DNA of 55,747 nt from Sphaeroforma arctica JP610. Its lineage: Eukaryota. The notes beneath the pieces were generated by a model. That model did no database searches, was not told the DNA's origin, and was given only the letters and a program-made list of their open reading frames with translations. Location: positions 72,078-127,824 of the forward strand of contig NW_014040409.1 of the NCBI RefSeq assembly GCF_001186125.1, read 5' to 3'. Shown here piece by piece: positions 1-14,620 of the stretch (the stretch's first letter is position 1; every line of letters starts with the position of its first letter). Position numbers and translations under genes: made by a program.

Positions 1-63
1 TATATATATGTAAATGTGTGTTTGTATATATATATATATATATATAGATATATATATATATAC

Positions 64-145
<82 letters not shown>

Positions 146-255
146 CATTTATATAAGTATATACATATATATATATATATATATATACATACAATCATAC
201 ATGTATATATATAAATATATAAATATATATATATATACATATGTGTATATGTAGT

Positions 256-336
<81 letters not shown>

Positions 337-554
337 TATGTATATATACAAATATATAAATACACATCCATCTATCTACCTATCCATCAATCCATCCATC
401 CATCCATCCATCCATCCATCCATCTATCTAATATCTATCTATCCACCCATCCATCCATCCATCTATCCATCTATAGATCTATCTATATATCCATCTATAT
501 TATATATATACTTACATACATACATACATATATACATACATACATGCATACATG

Positions 555-600
<46 letters not shown>

Positions 601-620
601 CATATATAAATATATAAAAT
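1..620. repeat. Compound microsatellite (TA)n/(CA)n/(TCCA)n/(TACA)n
   Basis: Directly visible simple repeats. They generate the spurious YIYI/HPSI ORFs. Confidence 0.97.
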
Positions 621-1077
621 AGTATAACTGGTCAGTTTTTGCATAAAATGAGGGAAGAATAAATAACCTTTCCTGCCTTGACAACATGAAAGTATGCCTG
701 CCACAAGGCGAAAGTGAGATAAAAAAGATCGTTTGAAAGAACAATGTGATATCTGTCAGGTGGTAGACGAGATAGAACGGCAATCTTCATCGATTAGATG
801 CATGTAAGGGATTACACCGGCTTGCGCGGTAATGCTTTTTAAAGCTCTGATAGGCGTGCCGATAATCGCTAAACGTGGAGCTATAAAGTAATTCTTAATA
901 TACGATATATAGATATGCGTGCACATAGTAAAGCGCCATAACCTCTGCAGAGAATATTCGGAGGCGGGCCGACATGGGCTTAAATAAGCTTGGTTTTGTA
1001 TACAGTACATATCCTCCCCATCACAGATAAGCCATATTACATCATGGGAAACATAGCTAAGATACACTCGAACATAC

Positions 1078-1198
1078 GTGCAAGAGCAGCTCTCGCCCTG
1101 GCATCGTCCCATTCCTTTTGTTTGGCAGCAGCCCTTTCCTCAGCGTTGTCCGTGAAAACATCCTGAACAATTTCCCCTGATGCTACGAATTTGCTCAT
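1078..1198 (-). CDS. Probable first coding exon of a FAM192A/NIP30 (PSME3IP1/Fyv6)-like nuclear protein; the rest probably lies off-window
   Basis: ATG at 1198 reads MSKFVASGEIVQDVFTDNAEERAAAKQKEWDDARARAALA and ends at a strong GTATGT donor (1077). The FV..g / R..kQ.EWe..R pattern recalls the FAM192A N-terminus; the family call is from memory. Confidence 0.45.
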
Positions 1199-1652
1199 GA
1201 TATGTGCATATGATGTAGAGAAACAATCTGGATCGAGCGTTTCTCGATAAGTACATTATTGAACTTTGTATTTTTGAGCAGAAGGCTATGAGCTACATGT
1301 CGGCTTTACATCACATTCCGAATTATATTTATTTTATATTCCGACCAGTGGACACACCAAGTGACCAAGAAAGGACTTCTGATCAGGCTACATCAGTCCC
1401 CTCCAACTCCAGAGGAGGGACCGAGAGGCAGTCATCAGAGCCAGGGGCCGAGGGCTGCAGAACAGTCCAAAAGTACGAAGAGTCCAGATCCAGGGGAATT
1501 CATACTCATGACTACACACTCATTCAAGATCCAGGACCAGGGTTTTTGGGGTTTAGGGTTTTTTAATCATCAATGTTTTGATGATGTGTATTTAATGAAA
1601 CGTCTGTGTTATCTGCAGCTCATTGACCTGAATACCTCTAAAACAAAATACT

Positions 1653-2835
1653 TCATTTGTATGAAGTTGTGGCTTGGGAAGATCGCCATATCTATATCCT
1701 CCACCACGAGACCTCTAGAACATGCCCACCTTGCAGTTCGAATCTGTCTTTTCGGTCGCACCCTCAAAGTCCATCCCTCTAAGAGTGTTCTGTACGTTTC
1801 CTTAAGATACGCGAGTACCTGATCAGTATCCTCCTTTCAACTAGGGCTCGAGAGATCACCGGTTATTAACTGCCAGCTTTCAAATCAGTAAGTCACCCAC
1901 TGTATGTACCTTTGTAGTGCTACACCCACGCTTAGCAGCTACACTCCGTTCTCTATCTGTGTGCGTAAAGCTTAATGCCTATTACTCAAGCCATAAATAT
2001 GGGTAGTACAACTAAGAGTACATGTATTTTCTGCACTGCTTATTTTGGTAGACGTGCATCCATCGGTCACTAATAGGAGCTTCACATACGCTGAGTTGTG
2101 TTTCAGAATGAAAGCGCGCGGTTATAAACGGATCATTAATGACGTATACCAGGTATATTTGCCAAACAAGTCCACCGTGTGTTGTGTAATTGTTTCAATG
2201 TGTTGTTTTGTCTGCGTGGTTTTCCACGGATTTGACAAAAATACCTTAAAGAGTCATTTGTATGAGGTCGTGGCTTAGGAAATCTCCATATCTATATTTT
2301 AACCACCAAGAGACCTCAGAAAGTGCCCACCTTGCAATTCGAATCTGTCCTTTCGGTCGCACCCTCAAAGACCATCCCTCTAAGAGTGTTCTGTACGTTT
2401 CCTTAAGATACGCGAGTACCTGATCAGTATCCTCCTTTCAACTAGGGCTCGAGAGATCACCTGTTATAAACAGCCAGCTTAAAAATCAGTAAGTCACCCA
2501 CTGTATGTACCTGTGTAGTGCTACGCCACGCCTAGCAGCTACACTCCGTTATATATCTGTGTGTGTATGGCTTATTTTCTTTTACTCAAGCCTTAAATAT
2601 AGGTAGTACAACTAGAGTATGTGTATTTTTTGTACGAAATTTGATAGGCGTGCATCCATCGGTCACTTGAGTTGTTAGAGTATTAAGAGCTTCACATACG
2701 CTGAGTTATGTTTCAGAATGAAAGCGCGCGGTTATAAACGGATCATTAATGACGTATACCAGGTATATTTGCCAAACAAGTCCACCGTGTGTTGTGTAAT
2801 TGTTTCAATGTGTTGTTTTGTCCGAGTGGTTGGCT
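1653..2835. repeat. ~601-bp direct tandem duplication (two copies)
   Basis: 1653-2225 aligns with 2254-2835, with long identical blocks such as ccatccctctaagagtgttc...gagagatcacc and tttcagaatgaaagcgcg...gttttgtc. Confidence 0.95.
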
Positions 2836-2865
2836 ATTCGCCTTACTTTTCCACAGATTTGCTAA
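1719..2865 (+). CDS. Putative spliced orphan gene or pseudogene with a duplicated 54-aa three-exon module (5' end unresolved)
   Basis: AG/GT-bounded exons 1719-1791, 1845-1887, 2107-2152, 2320-2392, 2446-2488 and 2717-2762, then 2857-2865 (IC*). Phases 0-1-2-0 join with no stop codon. Confidence 0.35.
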
Positions 2866-2898
2866 ATTACACCACTAAAATACTTATTGAAGGACTCC

Positions 2899-3098
2899 AA
2901 ATGTCAGGCATGTGTTATCAATAGACAATGGGAAAGCAAAAGAACATAAACATACACTCTGTGAACGCTATTCGCACTTTGATCTATAACCCAATTTAAT
3001 GCATCCAATATCAGGTATGTATCATCAATGGACAAAAGAAAAGCCAAAGAACATGAACATACACTCAGTGGACGCTATTCGCACTTTGATCTATAAAC
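2899..3098. repeat. Diverged ~107-bp tandem repeat (2 copies)
   Basis: Both copies carry aaagaacatRaacatacactcWgtgRacgctattcgcactttgatctataa. Confidence 0.85.
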
Positions 3099-3272
3099 TA
3101 TTTCTAAGATAGAGTTCTGGTCAAACTATTTCTCTTGGACGTGATGTCACTGTGCCTGTGAATATTAGATTATCAGAATTAATATATTAAAGCCCTCATA
3201 GGTTATGTGGTAGGTACTCCCGTCAATTTTGAAGCATCGATCATGAACAAAGTGAAGCGGAGCTAACCTATC

Positions 3273-4395
3273 ATGCCGGCTTATTTAAAACAGACGGGCA
3301 CAAAGAATATGGGGAAACAACATATTCCAAAGCCTGTAGAGAGGGAGGGAGATGATGCTCAGATTGTAATTGAACCGGGTTCAAACACTTCATTAAATAG
3401 TGAAAGACGTGCGAGTTACAACCTACCCAACGATGCGACGAGAAATCCTGTGGTTAAGCTTCTCAAAAGAGGGAAAAAGGAAACACCGTGTGATGACCAA
3501 GGTAACTGGTTCTTGAATGTCACATAGGGTTGTTTACGCACACTCAAGTGTTCTTTTTGTCATTGATGACATAGTGATCTATTTGTAGCAAAATCACGTA
3601 TCTGGTTAAGTAACCCAAGGCCAGCAATTAAGTTAGAAGCACATTCCAAAGCTGAAAAAGATATTTTTCATCTCCCCGGTAGGAATCCCATTGCATTTGG
3701 ATGCCGAAGGTAGACGCCGTCTTATAATTGTGAGGAAATGGGCAAAGTACTTAGATACAGCCATACGCATACCAGGGCTGGGCTGGGAATTCGGGATCGA
3801 TCCTATTGTCGGCCTAATTCCAGGGTTTGGTGATTTGGTGGGTGCAGGTTTGGGGTCTACTGTTATAGCATTGGCTGCGAAATGGAGACTACCTAAAAGG
3901 GCTCTGGTGCGCATGACTATCAATCAGGGAATCGATTTCTTCGTCGGGATCATACCGTTCTTTGGAGATATATTCGACTTTGTCTTCAAGGCCAACAAGA
4001 TGAATTTGTATATTATCGAGTGTTACATCGTTGATGAAAAGGTATATACGTGTGCCACGTGATTTATTGTGTACTTTTTGTTTATTGCATGTACCGTGTG
4101 GGTGCGTATTGAACTTCATATCCTTCAGTCAATTGATAAGTACGTCGTCCCGATTTCTTTCAAATGTCAGACATCAATTTTGCTTGATATTTGTAGTGTT
4201 CTATATTCTTGAATTCCTTCGTTTCGCCGTCTATTTCGTCATGAAGTTTCATTTTATACTTTTGCACAGAGAGCTCGAAGCGCTGACGGGAAATTCTATT
4301 GCTGCCTGCTTACCACCATGATATCGATGTGGATAATTTTCTTCGCTATCATCGGCTTGATCATCTGGGGGATTATCGCATTGGTCAATAGTTAG
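3273..4395 (+). CDS. DUF4112 domain membrane protein, 3 exons (3273-3501, 3683-4041, 4270-4395)
   Basis: LDTAIRIPGLGWEFGIDPIVGLIPGFGD...RMTINQGIDFFVGIIPFFGDIFDFVFKANKMN is the DUF4112 signature. Splice sites are canonical and in phase. The last exon encodes a hydrophobic tail, RARSADGKFYCCLLTTMISMWIIFFAIIGLIIWGIIALVNS*. Confidence 0.88.
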
Positions 4396-6098
4396 CACGT
4401 TGCTACCAGATGACAACCGTGTACTTCAAAGTATACTATACCATACTACTGGGTCACCATCGTACATCGAGGAGTCTACAATAATGGAACATTCCTCTAT
4501 AGTTTCAGTTACAGGGATATCATCAGTCAGGTATATTAATCAAGGCTGATTTGGTTGGAGCACAGCCACTCCTGAATCCAATTGTAAAAAAATAGCCTAG
4601 ACCAGCTATTAGTCTGCATATATTTATGTCTGTCAGTATTCGACAGCGGCAATGGTTGATACACAACAAGGATCTGCGCACATCATCAACTATTGGGTGA
4701 TAGCGTACCAATTTAAGAGTCCTAAATAATATTAAAACATTACCATTAAAATACATTAAACAACATTCTTCAAGTTGTTAATGGCGGCGTATTGACGATC
4801 ACTTGCCTTCCGTATCTCAGGTTTCGAACCTCGCTGGCAAAAGATGTCTCTGTTTACACGCGTATATTGTTCGCTCTCTATGGTCATCACAAAAATAAAT
4901 GACGTTATTAATTTCACGGCGAATACTGTAGAACATCACGCCTTGTTTTTGAATATGTCAGTTGGTGAAGTTTATTGAATCTAAATCGCGCTCTGGTTTG
5001 GCACTCAGACTCAGAGGAATTGTCACGATGATATGAGATCGCAAATGAAAGCCATATTATTTGAGTATTTCCGCCCAGCCAACTAATAAGTACTGCACTG
5101 TGTACTGATTGAAATCTTACTCTCCCTACGCACGTCAGGTGGGGTAATTTCATTCTCAGTTGGCGCTGTTAAGCATGAAATCCTACCAACAGACACACTC
5201 CGCCCAGCAGGACTCAATGATTCACGTACAAAGCCAACTACGTTTTGCGCATCACTGCAACAGTTCAAAGCATCCGTACACGTTCTGGCACACTGCCATT
5301 ATTTTATTTATGCCAGGTTGCTTCACCACCTCCTTGTCACCATGCAGCCATCGCTTGTGCCATCGGCAAGAGTGATCTGATAGAATACCAATTGATCTCT
5401 CCAAGAAGAGGCGGCGTTGGCTGTTCTACTAAACAAATAATGAGCGCAGCTACAACAGACTAGCAGGGTGTGCGATGGGCAAGATGTTCTGAAACGCTAG
5501 CCCAACTGGCCACCAGAGGGGCAGAAAAGGTAAAATTGCGAAAGAGTAGGTTTAGTCATTTCACACAGACACAGGACGCTAACGACTTCTTGTATTGACC
5601 ACTGGACTGCTGGCGCGTCGCTGAACGGTACAAGAAGACTTGTACTTCAAACATGCGGAATACAACAATCGTTGTTAATAAGTGAATCTAGCCACCACCT
5701 GATGTACTGACATTCTGATTTCCATCCATTTCCATAACACTACTCATTTCTAGGTGGCTTTCAGAGGAAAGTTACGGTTGCGACAAATAAATATACAATC
5801 AAGGTTGTGATATATGATTCCTGCTTAAAACAGGTGGCAGGTAGCCCACACCTTATTTTATTTTGTCAGCAGCGTTGTCAGTGCGGTTCATTGATAGCGA
5901 ATTGAAACTTGCGACTTTTATAGCAAGAGCAGCTGGAACATCTGCCTGCATACGAGCAAACTTCACAGCCATCTGCAGCTTATAATCTATGAAGATGACT
6001 GTTGCTGTTTTAGCCTACCCCTCGTCCGAGTGTGAAGAAATAGCACCAACAGTACTCAAAAGGAACAGTTTTTTATACGTGGTGTAATGTGATGTTGT

Positions 6099-10093
<3,995 letters not shown>

Positions 10094-10651
10094 GATGATG
10101 GTAGTTGAGTTTAAATATACTTTGTTTTAATACAATGTAATTGCTGTATAAACAGACAGGCTACTTCTTTATATACAAATCATTTCTAAAACATCTTTGA
10201 GACATAAAAACTTTTACTAAATATTTTTGTTCGACGTTGCGCATTTGTACGGGATTTTGTATCTTTCATTTGAGCGCTATGGGAATTTGAAAATAGTATC
10301 CGCAGTCCGTTATCCGCCGCACGTATACGCAGATTTCTATTGGTGTAAGGCTGTGCAGCTTTTCAATGGGACTTTTTTTGAGTATTTTCATTGTTTTGAT
10401 GTTTTTTTTTCAGAAGAAGGGCACTGTACCTTTTTTTATAGGGTTTTTAGAGTTTCGGTTTTGAACTTTTTGCTCTTTTCTATAAATACATTTTTGTGGA
10501 AAAATATTTCCTGGAGGGGCTGGAAAAAAAAGTGGTGAGCAAAGGTAAAACACATGTCACTCGTCATTCAAAAATAATCTGATAAGTAAGCCACACATGC
10601 AGAAATAAAAAGTAGACAACTGTATGCGAAGTATTAGCAAATCTATTTAGC
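10094..10651. promoter_or_regulatory. Short divergent (probably bidirectional) promoter region between ALDH and NSA2
   Basis: Start codons lie 558 bp apart, head-to-head, with T-rich tracts between them. Function is inferred from geometry. Confidence 0.5.
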
Positions 10652-11375
10652 ATGCCTCAGGTGCGTAGTAGTAAAACCTTGCGTCAATGCCTTTTTTTAG
10701 TGTTGCGTTGGTCGTTGTTCTATAACTATGTATGTCGTAGATGTCCAAATTGTGTGTGTATTGTGTTATCGTTTTCGAGCAGTATACGACCCACTGATCA
10801 TTCTAATACTTATACGCCGATACAGAACGAATACATCGAGCTCGCGCAGAAGCGACACGGAAAACGATTGGATCATGACGAGAGAAAGTAAGTGAGCTTA
10901 ATCTTCTATAATTGCATTGTTGTTGTTTCTACGTATAAGTTGGCGGTTAATTATATGATAGCCCTGAAAGCCGACTATTCAGGTATATTACCGGAACAAC
11001 ACCTTTTTTTTTTTGAGGTTTCATTGTTGGATATAGTTATTGTTGTATTGTGCAGTAAAATACATATATATATATATATATAATGTATACATGTATATAA
11101 CATGTATATACATGTACAGGTATATGTATATTTAACGTATCTTTATCTTAACGCTTTAATGTATATTTATATATATATATGTATATATATATATATAATT
11201 TACGCTTACGTATACGTAGAAAAAACGCACACATTTACAAGCGCGCACGCATATATATATGTATATATATGTATATATATATACGTTTGTGTGTGTTAAT
11301 ATATATATATGTACATAAATATATGTATATATACTTACAAGTATATATATATATATATATATATATACTTACAAG

Positions 11376-11414
<39 letters not shown>

Positions 11415-13364
11415 TTACAAGTATGTATATATATATATATATATAAATATACTTACAAGTATATATATATATATATATAGAGTGAAACGCACACACACAG
11501 ACATATATATATTTATATAGTGTGTCTGTATGAATGAATATATATATATATATATATAGATTTATATATATGTATGTATGTATGTATGTATATATATGTA
11601 TTTATGTATAAATATATATTTATATATATATATATATATATATATCTATCTTTACAAATATACTTATGCACGTACGTATGTATGTATATGAATATATATA
11701 CATATACGTGAATATATATATATTTGTTTGTTAGTGTGTATGTAAGTGTACAAGTGAAGTTCAAGAATAATAAGTATATATCCTTATACTTCTTACACAT
11801 ACACTCACATATATATACATGTGTGAATGTGTATATCTGTTAATATGTAATTGTTTACACATAAAAGTATATATTAAAAACTTTTACTGTGTAGTTTGGA
11901 TATACATGCTTGTGTATATTTATTTGATTTCCTTTTTTCCTATTGTTACATTAATTTGTATATATATGTGTATACCTATATAATTTCCTATATGTTTGTT
12001 TATAAACATGTACGTGTAATCGTACATATATTCATGCATACATATTTCTAAACTGTTTACACTGTATATTCGTAAATATCTCGTGCTGAGCTGATCGATT
12101 TTTCCTGGAAGTCTTTGTTGTAAGCTTGGTCGTCTTTGTATCTTTGTGTCGTGTAGGCAAGTATCTTATGTGGATTATGGTACTATTATCACGATTATGC
12201 TCTCTTATGGATTGTTCTGAATGATGCATACGTTAAAATTGCCCTTCAGTACACCCTTTCGGGTATATATTCAGAGAGCTCATTTTTGATACTGCTTCTC
12301 TTTGTTGATAGGCGTAAACGTGAGGCTCGTGCTGTCCACGACTCCTCTGCTAAAGCTCAGAAATTGTTTGGTTTGAAGGCTAAGTTATACAACAAGAAGC
12401 GTCATAATGAAAAGGTGCAAATGAAGAAAACATTAAAAATGCACGATGAAAGGACGAACAAGCACAAAGACGATGAAGCTGTTCCCGACGGTGCTGTGCC
12501 AGCTTATCTGATCGATCGAGAGGGTCAGTCTAGGGCGAAGGTTTTGAGTAATATGATAAAGCAGAAGAGAAAAGAGAAAGCCGGAAAATGGAATGTGCCA
12601 ATTCCCAAGGTTAGTAACGGTTTGTGCCTGACAGCACAAGGGGGCATAAAGGTTATTCGACGCAGCATTGATTGTGTAGAGTCCACAATAACAACTTAAT
12701 GCGGTTACTTTTAGTACCTGCGTATGTTGAATCGTGTGAATGACCGTTTCGGATATGTGTACCTCGAACCGACGACTTTCTCAACTTGGTGGAAGGAATC
12801 ATCTGCTTAGTATATCTACTTGTATTGTATCTTGCATAGGTTGCGGCGGTTGCGGAGAATGAAGTCTTCAAGCAAATTTCGTCCGGCAAGCGTCAGAAGA
12901 AGGGTTGGAAGCGTTTAATTACCAAGGCCACCTTCGTTGGAGAAGGTTTCACACGAAAGCCCGCTAAATACGAAAGGTTCATTCGTCCTATGGCTATGCG
13001 TTACACAAAAGCGCATGTTACGCATCCCGAGCTTAAGGCTACATTTCATCTGCCTATTATTGGTGTAAAGAAGAATCCAAGTTCGCCTATGTACACGCAG
13101 CTTGGTGTCATGACCAAGGGAACAGTTATAGAGGTATGTATATTTTAACGGGCATTTGCTTTCTGCTTTCCTTCTCATGTTGGGTCTTTGTTTTACTTTT
13201 CGTTCGCTACCCTAACACAACAAATTCGGTTGACTCTTTCGCAGGTGAATGTCAGTGAGCTCGGTCTTGTTACGACGACCGGAAAGGTGGTTTGGGGTAA
13301 ATATGCACAAATAAGCAATAACCCGGAGTTGGATGGTGTCATAAATGCCGTGCTCTTGGTCTAA
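10652..13364 (+). CDS. NSA2: Ribosome biogenesis protein NSA2, 5 exons (10652-10660, 10826-10887, 12312-12609, 12840-13133, 13245-13364)
   Basis: Spliced protein [30 protein letters not shown]...[23 protein letters not shown]...[24 protein letters not shown]...[27 protein letters not shown] is the conserved NSA2 sequence. Confidence 0.97.
11060..11830. repeat. (TA)n/(TATG)n satellite in NSA2 intron 2, with a recurring TACTTACAAGTA core
   Basis: Directly visible. The core recurs four times at about 11330-11462. Confidence 0.93.
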
Positions 13365-13669
13365 ATAATTGAATTTTGGAGGCGTGAAGTTCTGCTAACC
13401 CGGCATGTCGTCTGGACTTCTGACGTTCAACAAGTGTCTTAGAGAAATAATATATAAAATCGAAACTACTATATCCGCCATTGCCAATCTTTTGTGTACG
13501 ATTATATCCCCCGCTGCATGTTTGCAGTTTGCCATCTTCCCGTGAATTACCGTCGGGGATAGTATTTTTTTGCCTCTGGTACACGAATAAGTCCAAATAG
13601 ATTGCTGCATGAATTTGGATGATTTGCACTGAAGTATTTAAGTATTTATCGGCTTTTCTTCTTTCAACA

Positions 13670-13696
13670 CCCGCCCCCGCCCCCCCCCCCCCCCCC
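13670..13696. repeat. Poly-C tract (G-rich on the minus strand)
   Basis: cccgcccccgccccccccccccccccc. Confidence 0.9.
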
Positions 13697-13935
13697 AATC
13701 CGAAACATAAAGGCCCTCTGAAGTGAAACGCCTGATGTATTTTTATAGATGCATGATTGTATGTATGTCTAATTTAAAAGGCTATGTATGTATGTACTAA
13801 GTTATAAAATGTATTTCGTTGTCCTCCGCGGATTTATGTACATTCTCGTGGCAGTGGTGACCCGGCACCGCGGCCAGGCGGCGTGAGCTGAGCTCGGTAT
13901 TTTTTTTTTGATTTTTCGTCGACAATATTCTGACT

Positions 13936-14030
13936 CTGTGGGCTGTGGGCTATGGCCTATGGACCTGCGGCCTGTGCCCTGTGCCCTGTGCCCTGTGCCC
14001 TGTGCCCTGTGCCCTATCCGGGCTGTGGCC
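13936..14030. repeat. Heptamer tandem repeat (CTGTGCC)n with degenerate flanking units
   Basis: Six perfect units at 13972-14013, plus CTGTGGG/CTATGGC variants. Confidence 0.9.
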
Positions 14031-14460
14031 CAAAATGAAAATACTGAGCAGTCCTGCAGTTAGCCGCCAAAATGTGCAACTGAACCAAGCAATATCCAAT
14101 GAATCGCAAGATCCTTAAGCTTGATTCATTGGTCAATGGCTCATATCGAATATCCAAACTGGTTTTGTTTTGTATAGTTTTAAAAAAAACAATGAACACC
14201 ACGGGTATGTATTATAGTGCGAAATTTTTTCCCCAAAATCCCATATTTTTTATTTTAAAAGTTAAATAAATCGCATCACAGGGTTTATGCGACCTACGAC
14301 CTACGACCCACGCTATGGGAGAAAAACAAATTATTTCGAATACTATACGACCGGTTAGGAAAGTTTTGTATTAAAATTTGTACCGGATAAAATTTGTTGC
14401 CAGTTTTGGGGTCATCATGTGACAATCTTCATTCATCAAACACCAAATGACCAAACACCA

Positions 14461-14470
14461 ATGACGTCAT
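14461..14470. promoter_or_regulatory. Palindromic CRE/ATF-type site ATGACGTCAT upstream of the DEP-reductase gene
   Basis: Perfect 10-bp palindrome about 150 bp before the ATG at 14621. Function is inferred. Confidence 0.35.
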
Positions 14471-14620
14471 AGATATGGACAAAATGGCAAATGCAATACT
14501 TTACACTAAATACAAAACATAAAAATCAAGAGCTGTTGTATGTATTTATTTTTGTTTATCTGGCTCTGGTATTTTTTTACTAATATTAGTAGAATTATCA
14601 TACAAACTTTTATAGGAACA

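Noticed and set aside
149..783. YIYI/HPSI/CVCV ORFs here and at 9547-9920, 11102-11800 and 14735-15173
   Set aside because: They are translations of microsatellites in introns or flanks.
1538..1565. Telomere-like cagggtttttggggtttagggttttt
   Set aside because: Only one true TTTAGGG unit, too short and irregular to call a telomeric repeat.
4815..4845. B-box/T-arm-like GGTTCGAAACC on the minus strand (tRNA or SINE?)
   Set aside because: No A-box, acceptor stem or cloverleaf could be built.
5160..5530. Exon-like GC-richer stretch with short ORFs
   Set aside because: Stops in all frames between the candidate splice sites, and no recognisable motif.
13670..13696. Functional G-quadruplex linked to the nearby RecQ genes
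   Set aside because: The tract could fold, but nothing in the sequence ties it to function or to those genes.
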